A stretch of 64,000 bases of DNA. Origin: the human T2T-CHM13v2.0 reference genome, Homo sapiens. A program made the translations under genes and the position numbers. Location of the stretch: assembly GCF_009914755.1 (NCBI RefSeq), contig NC_060940.1. One strand, given 5' to 3'. Under the pieces are notes generated by a model that saw nothing but the letters and a program-made list of their open reading frames with translations, did no database searches and was not told where the DNA came from. The first letter of the stretch is position 1. Each line of letters starts with the position of its first letter. Positions 29,674-46,470 of this stretch are shown one piece after another.

Positions 29674-31277
29674 TGATTTGAATTTTTAATAAACCATGAG
29701 CCTGGTGGGAGCCACCCAGTCGTGCTCCAGTTTCAACGGAGCCTTCTCTAACTCAACCACCTCCCACCCTCTTGGGTATCACAGGCTCAGAGCCACCATT
29801 TTGTTTTATTTGTACCTCTTGATGCCTCATGACTCTGCCTGTCTAGCCTGTAAGTGTCCTGAGGACAGACACCGTATTTGTTTCTTGCTAAGCAGGGGCA
29901 AACACATAGGCAGATCCCCTCGGTTCCCATCAGAGAAACAAATGAGTAAATGAATTAAAGTCAAACAACTTGACCTCACCTGCCAGCCTCAAGGTCATGA
30001 GCAGTGACTGGTGGAACAGAAGAGTGTCACGCTGTAAACCATGTCTGTCATATGAACTATGTCCCCGCTAGCACTGGGAACACTGTGACCTAAGAAGTCT
30101 GGAGTGGAACTCAAGTAAATGATTTATTCCTTTGATTAAACACATTTACTTTCATCTAGTCCCAGAGAATTTATGGAGCCATAATCCCTTCCATCTCTAA
30201 TGCTGTTCATTATCTCTTCCTAATTAATGAAGGTATGTAAATTCATTGATCTAAAACTTTGCAGGCATAAACGTTACTCAGGTAGTGATCCAGCCCCACA
30301 CTGCTAACAGCTCAAGCTTCATCACGTTCTACCAGTTTTTAAATTACACATGTTATCAGACAAGATTCATTTAATTTTGCAGCTAACAGCTACAGCTGAT
30401 TATGCTGGCTGCTAGATATTTATAGCAACTCTTGTTGAATCTGTACTGTTAACCTGCTTAGGATATAATTAATAAAAGAGATTTAACTGTCTGACATAAT
30501 AGGCAGCTTTGTATGATATAAAATATGCTTTAATGTGCTTTCGGGAAAAAAAACATTAAGAAAGGTATATTATCCAAGTGAAATTTGTTACATTGCTACC
30601 TTGCAGATCAATACAAAATTTCTTCACAAGAATATTTATGGATGATGACAGTGGTATTTCACTCAAATAATATATAAAGAAAGAAGGGAATGGTAAATTT
30701 TTTCTACAAACCAAATAATACATATTGAATAGAACCTACCATGGCTTTCCAATAAACTACTTAGGAACTGGGGAAAAACCATACAGAATTTGAAACATGC
30801 AGGTGACTTTCTAAATTCTGGGTTCGCGAAATATATGTCCTCACCCGTTCTGGCATTCAAATGCGCCATTTTCCAACCTCTCATTATTTTTTTTCATTCC
30901 ACATTCTGATCACTTGACCAATTACCTGATAATTGAACCCCTTTGGGATCATGCTCCTTTTCAGTGCTTCATTTCGTTGCAGAAAATAGGCCCATCAAGG
31001 AGGCAAAATGTTCTAACTCCAGGAAATGAGTGTTTAGAGCAAAAACAATGAAAAAGAAGATGTAAATAATCCAGTCAGCTAAGCACAAGCTAGAAAGACA
31101 CTCGCTTTGTCTATGGCATGTTGATTTGCCAGGGGATTGTGCAAACTTCTGCAGAAGGCGTTCATTAGCTCCAGAAAACCCCAAAGGGAGGCAGAGGCGG
31201 GTGCATCACCTTAGGTCAGGAGTTCGAGACCAGCCTGGCCAACATGGTGAAACCCCATCTCTACAAAAAAAATACAA

Positions 31278-31278
<1 letters not shown>

Positions 31279-31311
<33 letters not shown>

Positions 31312-31312
31312 G

Positions 31313-31345
<33 letters not shown>
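31279..31345. repeat. (TA)n(GA)n compound STR in an Alu linker
   Basis: Direct inspection. Confidence 0.95.
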
Positions 31346-31353
31346 CTGGGTAT

Positions 31354-31661
31354 TGTATTAGTACATTTTTGTGCTGCTGATAAAGACATACCTCAGACTG
31401 TGAAGGAAAAGGGGTTTAATTGGACTTACAGCTTCACGTGGCTGGGAGGCAGAAGGCGTTTCTTACATGATGGCAGCAAGAGAAAAATGAGGAAGATGCA
31501 AAAGCAGAAACCCCTGATAAAACCATCAGATCTCGTAGTATGGGGGAAACCACTCCCATAAGTCAATTATCTCCCACTGGGTCCCTCCCACAACACATGG
31601 GAATTATGGAAGTACAATTCAAGATGAGATGTGGGTGGGGACACAGAGCCAAACCATATCA
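31354..31661 (-). mobile_element. THE1 solo LTR inserted within an Alu
   Basis: TGTATTAGT...CCAAACCATATCA; 5-bp TSD GGTAT/GGTGT. Confidence 0.88.
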
Positions 31662-31898
<237 letters not shown>

Positions 31899-32062
31899 TC
31901 AGACTGCCATAGCCGATTTGCCTAACGGCCTCTACAATCATGGTCTGCTATGAGCGACAGCATTCCCAGGTGGGAGCAGAACACAAGAGCATTCAGATCC
32001 CAAGTCATTTTGGCTCCATGGTTGCTCAGAGGTCCTCATTTTTTTTTTTGAGTCATGGAGCC

Positions 32063-32523
32063 TGTATCAGTCATGTGCTCCAGGGAACCAATAGGAGATA
32101 CACAGATATGTAAGAGGAGGCTTAGTAAGGGAATGGGTTCACAGGGTCACAGGGGCCAAGAAGTCACACCATCTGCCATATGTAAGCCGGGGGTTTCATT
32201 CAGTCTAAATCCAAAGGCCTGAGAATCAGAGAAACTGATGGTGTTAGTGCTGGTCTGAATCTAAAGGTCTGAGAACCAGGAGTGCCGATGTCCAGGGGCA
32301 GGAGAAGGTAGACGTCTCAGCTCAAACAGGAGGCAAATTCATCTTTTCTCCATCTTTTTGTTCTATTCAAACCCTCAATGCATTGGATGATGCCTGCCCA
32401 AAATAGTGAAGGCATATCTTCTTCATTCAGTCACCCTCACGAACACACCCAGAAATCATGTCTTCTCAGCTATCTGGGCACCTCCTAGCCCAGCCAGGCA
32501 GACACGTAAACTGAACCATCACC
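32063..32523 (-). mobile_element. MLT2 (ERVL) LTR
   Basis: GAACCAATAGGAGATA..AAAGGCCTGAGAA..CACACCCAGAAAT..AACCATCAC. Confidence 0.75.
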
Positions 32524-32713
32524 AGGTCCTTGAAGGATCTGATGAGAGCTGTGGACCTTCTCCCCACTGCAGTCCCCAGAGCATCATCACGACCTCAAGC
32601 ATCTATGCAAACACACTGGACTTTGCAGAGCTGACAGGGCCCACTGGCTGGATGAAGCCCATCCATGGAGCTCACACCCAGGTAAAGAAACCTACGCCGA
32701 GAAATTGCCCTAC

Positions 32714-33010
32714 TGGGGTGCAGTGGCTCATGCCTGTAATCCCAGCACTTGGGAGGCTGAGGCAGGCGGATCATCTGAGGTCAGGAGTTTGAGACCAGCC
32801 TGGCCAGCATGGTGAAACTCCATCTCTACTAAAATATAAAAATTAGCTGGGTGTGGGGGTGGGCACCTGTAGTCCCAGTTACTTGGGAGGGTGAGGCGAG
32901 AGAATCACTTGAACCCAGGAGGAAGGTTGCAGTGAGCAGAGATCGCGCCACTGCACTCCAGCCTGAGCGACAAATTGGGACTCTGACTCAAAAAACAAAA
33001 AACAAAAAAA
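32714..33010 (+). mobile_element. AluS
   Basis: TGCCCTA flanks. Confidence 0.94.
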
Positions 33011-33649
33011 CCCCTGCCCTATTGGACACTGTATGACTTAGTGCCCCAGAAGGAAAGTTTCATAAAAATTTTCTTTAAAGATAAGATTTTCCAGGAAAAG
33101 CTGAATTCCTCTTAGATACGGATAAGATGTTGTTTCTTTGACAACCTCTCTCTGGCTGAACCTTCAACTGAATTCTATCAACCAAAAGGACTCTTAAGAC
33201 CTTTCTGTTTCGCCCTGCGGTTTTGTCTTCCTATATGAACTTTTATTTTCTTTGGTCCTGACATATTTCTTCTCTACTGTGTGCTTTTGCTCATTTTAAG
33301 CCTTCTCAAATGCTTCACTGAACAAATAAATAAGGCGAGGCTCTCTGTTTTCACTTTTTGATCTAAACACTGGAACCCAGACGGAAAGATTATGCTTTTT
33401 ATTTTTAACCTAATCAAAAGGCAACTGTTAACTAGTCCCTATTATTGAGCTCTTGCTACTTCTTTTCATTGAATAATCAAATATCCACACTTTTCTAGCT
33501 ACGATTAAGACTTCTGGCCTTTAATTAAAGGTACAGTTTCACCATTGAGTTTATATTTTGGTCAATTAAAATAGCCACATGTTGACCATGAAAAGGTACC
33601 TCCAAAAAGTCAAAGAACAAGAGTATGTGCGTATGTACACACAGGTGTG

Positions 33650-34460
<811 letters not shown>

Positions 34461-35496
34461 AGACTTGGAATAAAGGACTGACAGCAGCCAGTGTGTCTCC
34501 TCTGCCGGACTGCCACGTAGAAAATGCTGGCAGGGGTGGAAGGGCGATCACACACCTAATCAGAAACAACTTTTTAAGTAATATTCCCAGTTCCCTAATT
34601 AGTCATATAAGGTAAATTAGTTCCAACCACTTTTAATCAGCCTCAGCAGAAGGGCGGCATTGTCACTGATTGCCTGGATGATTTCACCGGGCTCATACTG
34701 GATGTGAAGGAGTGCAGGAGCCAGGGGGCTTGGCTGATTGCTCCCAGGTTACTGCTCAGCATTCGACCCACACGCGACCTGCTGGAAAATCTGAGCACAG
34801 ACAGCCCCGGCCCATTCCAGAGGCTGGTGATATTTCAACTATGGCATCACTCTCTTGCACGCATAGAACTCCCTTTTTATGTTTCTCTGTGTTAAACTGT
34901 AGGGTAAATTGTCTTTAAATCCTGGCATTTCTTGGAGCCTGGTGTAGACACTTAAACATAACAACGCAAGGCTAATGACACAGCTGCGGAAATAAACGTG
35001 ATTTAACTGAGCCTCTTTAAAAACAAAACCAAACAAAACAAACAGATCCTACTTTAATATGAACAAAACGGTTTCTGTTCAATGGAAATGTTCTGAGTAT
35101 CTATGACATGGTAGGCGGTGCAGGAACTTATTGCTTACATGAAAGGGATGGAGGCTGTTGGCTACAAATAAGAGATAGCATGGAAGAAAAGTCCTGGTCA
35201 GTCCCTGTCCCTGAGAGATGTTCCCCAGAGAACTGCTAAGAGAACGGCCTGGTGTGCTCTCAGTGCAAATGGCGCTGAGGCAGATTCTAAACCCAGGCAA
35301 CCCTCTTGGACTTCAAGCCTAAAGAAATACTTACCTGACTGTACAACAGCACGTCTGAGGATGCTCACAGCAGCACTGTTCAAATTAACTCCCACCTGGC
35401 GTTACTGCAAGATTAACCAATTATGAAATCCCCATCCACAGAACGCAATGCAGTTATTAAAAGCCTCACATGTATGTACAAATGTAAGGTTTTCTA

Positions 35497-36007
<511 letters not shown>

Positions 36008-36229
36008 TTAGGGGGTGGTCAAAGTTTATTTTAAATATAGATTTTAAATTTACAAGGAGAATGTCTCTACATATTACTTGTAGAATTTAAAAATCTAATA
36101 AAGTAACAATAAAAAGATCCGTATCTACCCTCATTTAAATCCTACAGGAGACTAGGATGACAACAACAAAAAACACGGAGAACTTCATGTTTCAATATAT
36201 CTACATGTATCTATATTCCTTATTTCTAA

Positions 36230-36485
36230 GTGAAGCACAGATTTCTGTCTGTTTCATTCACTAACACAGCACAAACATCTAGAATAGTGCCTGGTGCAAA
36301 GTAGACTCTCAATACAGATTTGTTAAATAAATGAATTGACTATTTATTCATGTGTTCCAGAAAACTGTACTGGGTGCCTACCATGTGCTGGCTTCTTGCT
36401 AAAGATCACGGGAAACAAACTGTGAATCATTTAACCAGCATTCACTGAATACCTTCCACGTGCCTTGCACTGGGCACTAAATGAA
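36230..36485. mobile_element. Clustered L2 3' ends in both orientations
   Basis: AGTGCCTGG..CTCAATA..AAATGAAT and CTACCATGTGCTGG motifs. Confidence 0.55.
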
Positions 36486-36875
36486 AGTACACACCAATAC
36501 GGACACACAGACACACACACCCCCACTGCCCTTTAGGAACTTGGAACTAAGCTTGGGAGAAGGCGAACTAGCAGAGGTTGGAGCAATGAGATAAGGCCTT
36601 TTCCTGGCCAGAGCCTCAATCCTGGCTTTGGTTTTCAAAATTATGCCTCCGAGGCTTTGCTTATTATGGCCTGTCTTGTACCAGAATTATGTTCATGGGT
36701 TTGTGTCTGCCCAGCTGGAGGAAAATGAGTATCAACCTTCCTGGATTGTGGAACCACAGAAAAACAAAGGGCTTTATTCTTTGCCTGAAGCCCAGCAAAC
36801 CAAAGCATTCTTTGTTCAATGGCTTTATTTCCCAATTCTATACATTCATTACAGAATTAGAAACCTCCCAGTGGG

Positions 36876-37295
<420 letters not shown>

Positions 37296-37807
37296 CTAGA
37301 TGAATTAGAAGTTTTCAGGTCTCACTGGGGCATTTTCCTGATAGAAAAGCCTAACTCCTTTCATCAGTAATTCTACTTTACTTCCCCATAGCATCTCCCA
37401 TTCTTAGACGCACTCTACTGATTTGCTTCCTCTCCTCTCCAGACTTTTGCAGCCATATCTGCACAAATCCAGCCCTTCTTTACCTTGAAGTTCAGACTTT
37501 TCTACCTAAGTGGATTATTCTGCTTTATCTATAGCAAATATCACTTTTGTGCATGCTCCCTCTCCTCCATTTGTTGGAATCATTTCTAAATTCAATTCCA
37601 TTTTCATATTGAGTCTCTTTGGTCCCAATAGAAATGGTCCCCAAAATTCAAATATCAGATGTCTGGGACCCTTTTAACTTCTGAAAATGCAGTTACTGGG
37701 CAATGGATGTGCGAAAGTTAACTCGGGGAATGACATTAAATCAGAAAAGCCTTCTGTTTTTAGTGATGAAAAGCTTCTTCATCTATAAATCCCAAAGTAT
37801 CAACTTT

Positions 37808-38148
37808 GCAGATCCATAAGCTCTTATCCCAAACCCCCTAGGCCAGATCTCATTTGAAATTCCAAGTTTTTCTAACTTTAGAATGGTAAGACAGGTCATA
37901 GAACACATATTAAACAATACTTCAAGCTGGGACTCGGGCAGTGCCCTGTAATGAAATCCAGTAATATTTTGTTAGCAAAACATATGAATATGCTCACTAA
38001 ATATTGGGATCAATAAAGACCATAAACAGCCCTTTGTCACTTGGAAGGCAGTTTTGCCACCAGCTTAGTTTCAAACTTAAGAAAAAACTCTTAGTTTTCA
38101 GAGCTTTCTGAACTTTTGAGATGGTAGGTAAGGGGTTATGTACAAGTG
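37808..38148. mobile_element. MER46C-like Tigger element
   Basis: CTTATCCCAAAC.. and TTTTCAGAGCTTT..TAAGGGGTTATGT end motifs. Confidence 0.5.
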
Positions 38149-38475
38149 CAAGACCCAAACGAAAGAAGCCATTGTAGCTCTCTTAAGCATTCTGCATAAA
38201 GACCCTTTTAAAGTATATATGTGTGGCCGTTTTCCTGAACATCAAAGGGCTATTTTGGAAGTCCTGTAAGAAGAGGTCATCCTGCGTTATTCAGTGTTGT
38301 GTAAAAAGCAAAGCAAAACCTACAAACTTAAAGCATTTCCCTTTAAATGCTGAGCATGTGTAAGTCTAAAGGAATAATGGTTCTCCTGATATACACCATT
38401 ATCAGTTAAAAGGAATGTTCACAAACCACTTGCATACACACAAGATTACATTTAATACATTAAAAAGTGGCCCCG

Positions 38476-38804
38476 ACTCGGCGTGGTGGCTCATGCCTGA
38501 TAAGTCCAACACTTTGGGAGGACGAGGCAAGCAGATCACTTCCAGCCAGGAGTTCAAGACCAGCCTAGGCAACATGGTGAAACCCCGTCTCTACTAAACA
38601 TACTAAAATTAGCCGGGCATGGTGGTGCACACCTGTAACTCCAGCTGCTCGAGGCTGAGGCATGAGAATTGCTTGAACCCGGGAGGTGGAGGCTGCAGTG
38701 AGCCGAGATCATGACACTGTACCCAGCCTGGGCGACAGAGTGAGGCTGTGCCTCAAAAAATAATAAAAATACATAAAAATACACAAATAAATAATAAAAT
38801 AAAA
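38476..38804 (+). mobile_element. Alu
   Basis: TAAAAAGTG flanks. Confidence 0.93.
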
Positions 38805-39223
38805 AGTGTCTGTCTCAGCCACCCACGTGAACAATCTGTGGTGATTTGGCATCACCGCGATTCCTGACTCTCAATTTACATGCTACCAGTAAACAATCAT
38901 TTTGTTACACCTATTCACACCTAAGTACTTAACAGTAAAAAATATGACACACCATTAACACGGGAGAAAACAGTGTGCCCAGGGAAACTAAGCAGCACAG
39001 TGGCATCACTGGAATACCTGCCTCAGCTGTTCAGCAGCAACAGATGACAGCAGGCTTCCAGTCTCCACCCACAATGCTGCGTTCTGACTCAAAGGCTCCT
39101 GTGCACTGTATTTTATTTTTTCAGGTGAGAAGAAACATCAGAAGCAGTTGAGGGACCAGAAAGTGAGTCCGCCAGGGATGAGGAGGCATTCTGCTAGATG
39201 GCTTTTTAAAAATGTTCCCTCCA

Positions 39224-39513
<290 letters not shown>

Positions 39514-39643
39514 GTTCCCTCCAGAGTCATCTGCCTTATTAACAAGGGCTTTTGTCTTAGAAATCTCTTTTATTAACTGACACAATTTCTTGATCTGTTA
39601 TGAATGCATGCTGTTCTAGTCCTTCAAAAGCTCACCACACATT

Positions 39644-40397
39644 GCTATGGTTTAAATATTTGTGTCCTCCAAAACTCATGTTGAAACGTAATCCCCAGTG
39701 TGGCAGTTCTGAGAGGTGGGGCTTTTAAGAGGTGGCTGGATCGTGAGGGCCATGCCCTCATGAATGGATGAGTCCATTCATGGATTAATGAATGAATGAG
39801 TTAGTGGATTAATGGGTTATCATGAGAGTGGGACAGGGTGCTTTTTTGTGTGTTTTTTGTTTGTTTGTTTGTTTGAGACAGGGTCTTGCTCTGTCACCCA
39901 GGCTGGAGTGCAGTGGCATGATCACGGCTCACTGAAGCTTGGACTCCCAGGTTCAAGCAATCCTCTCGCCTCAGCCTCCCAAGTAGCTGGGTCTACAGGT
40001 GTGCACCACCATGCCTGGATAATTTTCTATTTTTTGTATAGACGGGGTTTCACTATGTTGTCCAGGCTAGTCTCCAACTCCTGAGCTCAAGCAATCCACT
40101 TGCCTTGGCCTCCCAAAGTGCTGGGATTATAGATGTGGGTCACTGCCCTGGGCTGGTGGCTTTTTAAGAAGAGCAGAGACCCGAGTTAGCACACTCAGCC
40201 CCCTCCCCATGTGATGTTCTGTGCCACTTTGAGAGTCTGCAGAGAGAGTCCCCACCAGCAAGAAGGCCCTCAGCTGATGTAGCCCCTTGACCTTGGACTT
40301 CTCAGCCTCCATAACTGAAAGAAATAAATTTCATTTCTTATAAACGACCCAGTTCCAGATATTCCATTATAAGCAACAGAAAACAGACTAAGACACA
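39644..40397 (+). mobile_element. MST-type MaLR LTR interrupted by an Alu
   Basis: TGCTATGGTTTAAAT...AACAGACTAAGACA; CACAT on both flanks. Confidence 0.8.
39842..40152 (-). mobile_element. AluJ-like in MST
   Basis: Antisense dimer. Confidence 0.92.
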
Positions 40398-40599
40398 CAT
40401 TTTCACCATGTCATCTATGGGTACTTTTCCTGCAGCACTGCCATCATCCTCATCATCACTACTATAGGTTGAGTATCTCTTATGCAAAATGCTTGGGACC
40501 AAAGGTGTAGAGTTTTCCACTATGGTGTCATGTCAGTGCTCAAAAAGTTTCACATTTTGAAGCATACTGGATTTTCAGATTAGGGATGCTCAATCTATC

Positions 40600-40735
40600 A
40601 GTGCTTCTTGAACCTCATTGTCCATACAGTTCATCTGGGAATCTTGTTAAAATTCTGATTCAGATCCATTAGGTCTGGGCAGGGCAGAGATTCTACATCT
40701 CTAACAGCTCCATCTGCTGCTCTGGGCACCACCTT
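40600..40735. mobile_element. MER5-type hAT fragment
   Basis: CATCTGGGAATCTTGTTAAAA..ATTCTACATCTCTAACAGCTCC. Confidence 0.55.
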
Positions 40736-40769
40736 CTGTCTGACCAGCCAGGCTGCAAAACGAAGCGCA

Positions 40770-40945
40770 CAAGGTTTGGAAACAGATGAACAAGAGTTCC
40801 CAGTTTACAAGCTGAGTGGCCTTGGGAAAAGCAATTCACTGCTCTGAGCCAGTTTCCCCATCAATTAAAATGGAAATAGCAATGACACCTCCTTTGCAAG
40901 ACTGTAATGAGTAGATAAGATAGTAACACAGTTCCTGGCAGATAA
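40770..40945 (+). mobile_element. MIR
   Basis: GGCCTTGGGAAA..CTCTGAGCCAGTTTCCCCATC. Confidence 0.6.
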
Positions 40946-40974
40946 CAGACCCTGAATTCCAGTCCCTGCCATCT

Positions 40975-41422
40975 GCAGTAGGCTGAACAATGTCCCTCCA
41001 GAGATGTTCGACATCCTAACTCCTGGAACTTACAAATATGCTACCTTATATGGCAAAAGGGGAATCTGCAGATGGGATTATGTTAAGGATCTTGAGATGG
41101 AAACATTATCCTGGGTTATCTGGATGGACCTAATATAATCACCAGGATCTTTACAAGAGGAAAGCAGGAGAATCAGAGTAACAGAATATGAGAGGGTGGA
41201 GCAGAGGTCAGACGGGAGAAAAGGTGCAATGCTGCTGGCTTTGAAGGCAGAAGAAGGAGCATGAGCCAAGAAACGCAGTTGGCCTCTAGAAGCTGGAACC
41301 CCTAGAAGGAACACACCGCTGCAGGTTCTTGTTGGACTTCTGACCCCTGGGATGGTAAGAGAACTGTTTGATTCCACTAAGTTGGTGGTAATTTGTGATA
41401 GCAGGAACAGGAAACTAACATA
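40975..41422 (+). mobile_element. MLT1 LTR
   Basis: TACCTTATATGGCAAAAGGG..GCAGATGGGATTA..GGAAACTAACA. Confidence 0.75.
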
Positions 41423-41441
41423 CCATCCTTTGGAATAATAC

Positions 41442-42098
41442 TGATATGGTTTTGCTGTGGTCTCACTCAAATCTCAACTTGAATTGTAGCTCCCACAATT
41501 CCCACATGTTGTGGAAGGGACCTGGTGGGAGGTAACTGAACTGGGGGGGTTCTTTCTCATGCTGTTGTCGTGACTGTGAATAAGTCTCACGAGATCTGAT
41601 GGTTTTGTAAAGAGGAGTTTCCCTGCACAAGTTCTCTTCTCTCTTGTCTGCTGCCATATAAGATGTGCCTTTCAGCTGGGCGTGGTGGCTCACGCCTGTA
41701 ATCACAGCACTTTGGGAGGCTGAGGCAGGTGGATCACGAGGTCAGGAGATCGAGACCAGCCTGGCCAACATGGTGAAATCCCGTCTCTACCAAAAATACA
41801 AAAATTAGCCGGGTGTGGTGGTGTGTGCCTGTAGTCCCAGCTACTCAGGAAGCTGAGGCAGGAGAATCGCTTGAACCCAGGAGGCGGAGGTTGCAATGAG
41901 CCAAGATCATGCCACTGCACTCCAGCCTGGGCAACAGAGTGAGACTCCATCTCAAAAAAAAAGATGTGCCTTTCGCCATCTGCCATGATTGTGAGGTCTC
42001 TCCAGCCACGTGGAACTGTGAGGCAATTATTCTTTTTGCTTATAAATTACTCAGTCTGAAATTTGTCTTTATCAGCAGCATGAAAACAGACTAATACA
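41442..42098 (+). mobile_element. THE1 solo LTR interrupted by an Alu
   Basis: TGATATGGTTT...CAGACTAATACA. Confidence 0.88.
41675..41962 (+). mobile_element. AluS in THE1
   Basis: TSD AAGATGTGCCTTTC. Confidence 0.95.
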
Positions 42099-42920
42099 AA
42101 TACTAAAGCAGGCTTGCCTCCCTTTACAGAACAGAGGACTTCCCAGGGCTACATCATCAACTGAAACTAAGTCACAGAATAGTTGCCCAAGTGCAGCTGA
42201 ATACATGAAGAACTCTTCAAGGAAACTTTATATCAAGGGAAGAATTATTCCTGTATTAACTGTTTTTGTGTGGTTATGCCAATTTTTAATAAACAGGGAT
42301 GAATGTATATGTTAGTAACAAACTGTTCTAAAGGCTCAAAGGAATCTCTTGCACCCTAAAGGTATCATCATGTTCTGATTTGTCAGCTTCACACGTAATT
42401 GCTGAAATCTAACAAGGCTTCTGGGGACAAAACCAGTGGGTCGATACCTCAGCATCAGGAGGACTGACAAGAGTAACCCTAAATTAAGAGTGAAGGATGA
42501 AAATCAATGGGTCTCAGTATTTGCACAAATGTTCACTTGCTACTTACAATGTGGCTTACCCCATAGAGGAGCTTTATAATAGAATAAAATACCAAGATAA
42601 CCCAAAAGATGCCTGCAAAACAAAAATGTGTTTCAAAACTAAATGGACTTTGTGTGAAACAAAGAAGCCTGTATCTCTTAAGGATTTTCCTATGGGCTTG
42701 GCACCAAGGACTCCTCTTCCCATCACATTTTTGTGCTTCTCTGCCAAGACTCTAGTTCCACAGAAAGACCTGGTCTCTTGTCTCCAATATTACATCCATA
42801 GCATCTAACACTGTAATTGGCACTTAGTTTGCACACAGACATTTTTGTGGATGATAAGTACTATAATAGATATTTATAAGAAAAAGCATATTATTACTTT
42901 CATTAAAAAAAAAATGAAAG

Positions 42921-43632
<712 letters not shown>

Positions 43633-44227
43633 TAGAACTAAAAGTATGCTTTCTGATTTTATTTGCCTATTAATATATGCATTTGATAATGAAGAATGTG
43701 CTAAGTAGTCAAAGCAAATAATTACTTTCTAGTGTCTAACCCTGTCTATGAGCTAAATGAGAGGGAAACCACTTATTGCATATTAAAAAATGGTAACTAG
43801 TTTTAAAATGCTCTGTTTAATCTCAAACCACAATATTCAAAACAGTTACATTCCTTTCACTGGTTCAATTAAAACCCCAGAAAACAGTCCAAGTCTCCAG
43901 AACAAATTATACATTCTGCTTGAGTTGCACTGCATGTAAAATTCACGTTCAAAAGTTTGCCAAGTCACATTTATGAAGTCTTGACCAACTGGCGGGGCTG
44001 ATCATAAAAACTATATCTTTTAATTTATAGTGTTTAATGTATATTCAGTGTATCTTATTTAAAAAGCAACATAATTGCATGAAAAACTTTTATTTTAAAT
44101 CTGATTTTGAAATATGACTGAATACATCAACAGAATTCAGAACAAGTTGGTAAACATCTACGAGAACATGTTATATAATTCCAGTGAGCCCTATAACATT
44201 CTGTTTTTAAAGAGAAGAAACCACTGA

Positions 44228-44711
<484 letters not shown>

Positions 44712-45056
44712 ATTCTCATGTTTTCATTATGGGTTTTGTTCTAGATAAGTGGGCTGCCAGAAAAAAGAGCCACCATGAGGAGGAACTGATACACTCAGGC
44801 TTACTACAGGGTACCTCGGCTTCTAAAGGAGTTAGACATCATCACAGAACTCAGAGCCTCGGTTTACAAGGTACAACTAGCCCCAGACAGACACCCACAC
44901 CCACTGCTGTGTTTTCTGCAATGGTCTAAGGTCCCCTGCCTCCCTGAGGGACAGGAGCACTCTCCGTTTGCTTATACCTGCTTGCTGGGCTTTATCTTTG
45001 CCTGGGAGAAAAGGACATCAGAGTAGGCAAAATAAATAGGAAGAGAGTTCTAGAAG

Positions 45057-45835
<779 letters not shown>

Positions 45836-46212
45836 AAATAAGGGAGAAATAAAAGTGTAAGAAGAAAGGAAATGAGGAGAGAAGATTATATTTATGGATA
45901 TAGTGTCTGGAAGCAGTTCAAGTTTGTCCCTGGAAATGCAGAAAGGTGATGTGTGGGAATCTGTTCCATTTTTCATATTAAGCTCAAATCATCAGAACTG
46001 TAGCTGTGCCTAATTACTGTGATTAATCTCGCCAAACTCTAAATATAACATGAGTGTGCACTTTCTGATGTTCAATGATACTGCAACAATCATGAAGCGA
46101 AAGAACGGTCCATGACTGAGCAAAGATGCCTTCGAAGCAAAATCTTTTTTTCTCCTGCCCAAATGCAGTCATGACCGGCTGAAGGAGAAAAGGTCACAAG
46201 CGATGACCCGAG

Positions 46213-46221
46213 TCTTACCTG
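46213..46221 (-). promoter_or_regulatory. 5' splice donor of the CPPED1 exon
   Basis: Minus strand CAG|GTAAGA; GT at 46218-46217. Confidence 0.9.
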
Positions 46222-46437
46222 GCATGGCGTGGATGAGGTCGCCGCACAGAACGAAGAATTTGGGTTTGGGGTTCAGCTTGTTGATGGCCTGGACGGCTTG
46301 CTCAGTTAGACGGATCTCCTGTTCCCATTCGTCACCGCCATTGTCACAGTCCCCAGTGGACCAGGCCTTGATCAGCCCAAACTGTGGGTCTGCGCCCAGG
46401 ATGAAGTAGAATGGGCCTTTCCATTCGCTTTCCTTTT
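46219..46437 (-). CDS. CPPED1: CPPED1 internal coding exon (exon 2), calcineurin-like phosphoesterase domain-containing protein 1; 219 nt, phase 1-1
   Basis: Minus strand reads (g)AA AAG GAA AGC GAA TGG...CAC GCC ATG CCA G = [73 protein letters not shown](G). It carries metallophosphoesterase motifs D-P-Q and G-D-L and is recognised as the CPPED1 N-terminal region. Bounded by a long pyrimidine tract + AAG acceptor and a CAG|GTAAGA donor. Not in the ORF track because it is an internal exon. Confidence 0.96.
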
Positions 46438-46470
46438 CTTAAAAAAAGAGAGAGGGAGAAAGAAGGAGAA
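46438..46470 (-). promoter_or_regulatory. 3' splice acceptor and polypyrimidine tract of the CPPED1 exon
   Basis: Minus strand TTTCTCCTTCTTTCTCCCTCTCTCTTTTTTTAAG|AAAAGG; AG at 46439-46438. Confidence 0.9.

Noticed and set aside
46060-46125. C/D-box snoRNA-like motifs (ATGAT...CTGA)
   Set aside because: Imperfect C box, no terminal stem, and antisense to the host transcript
46203-46409. Plus-strand 68-aa ORF
   Set aside because: Antisense shadow of the real CPPED1 exon
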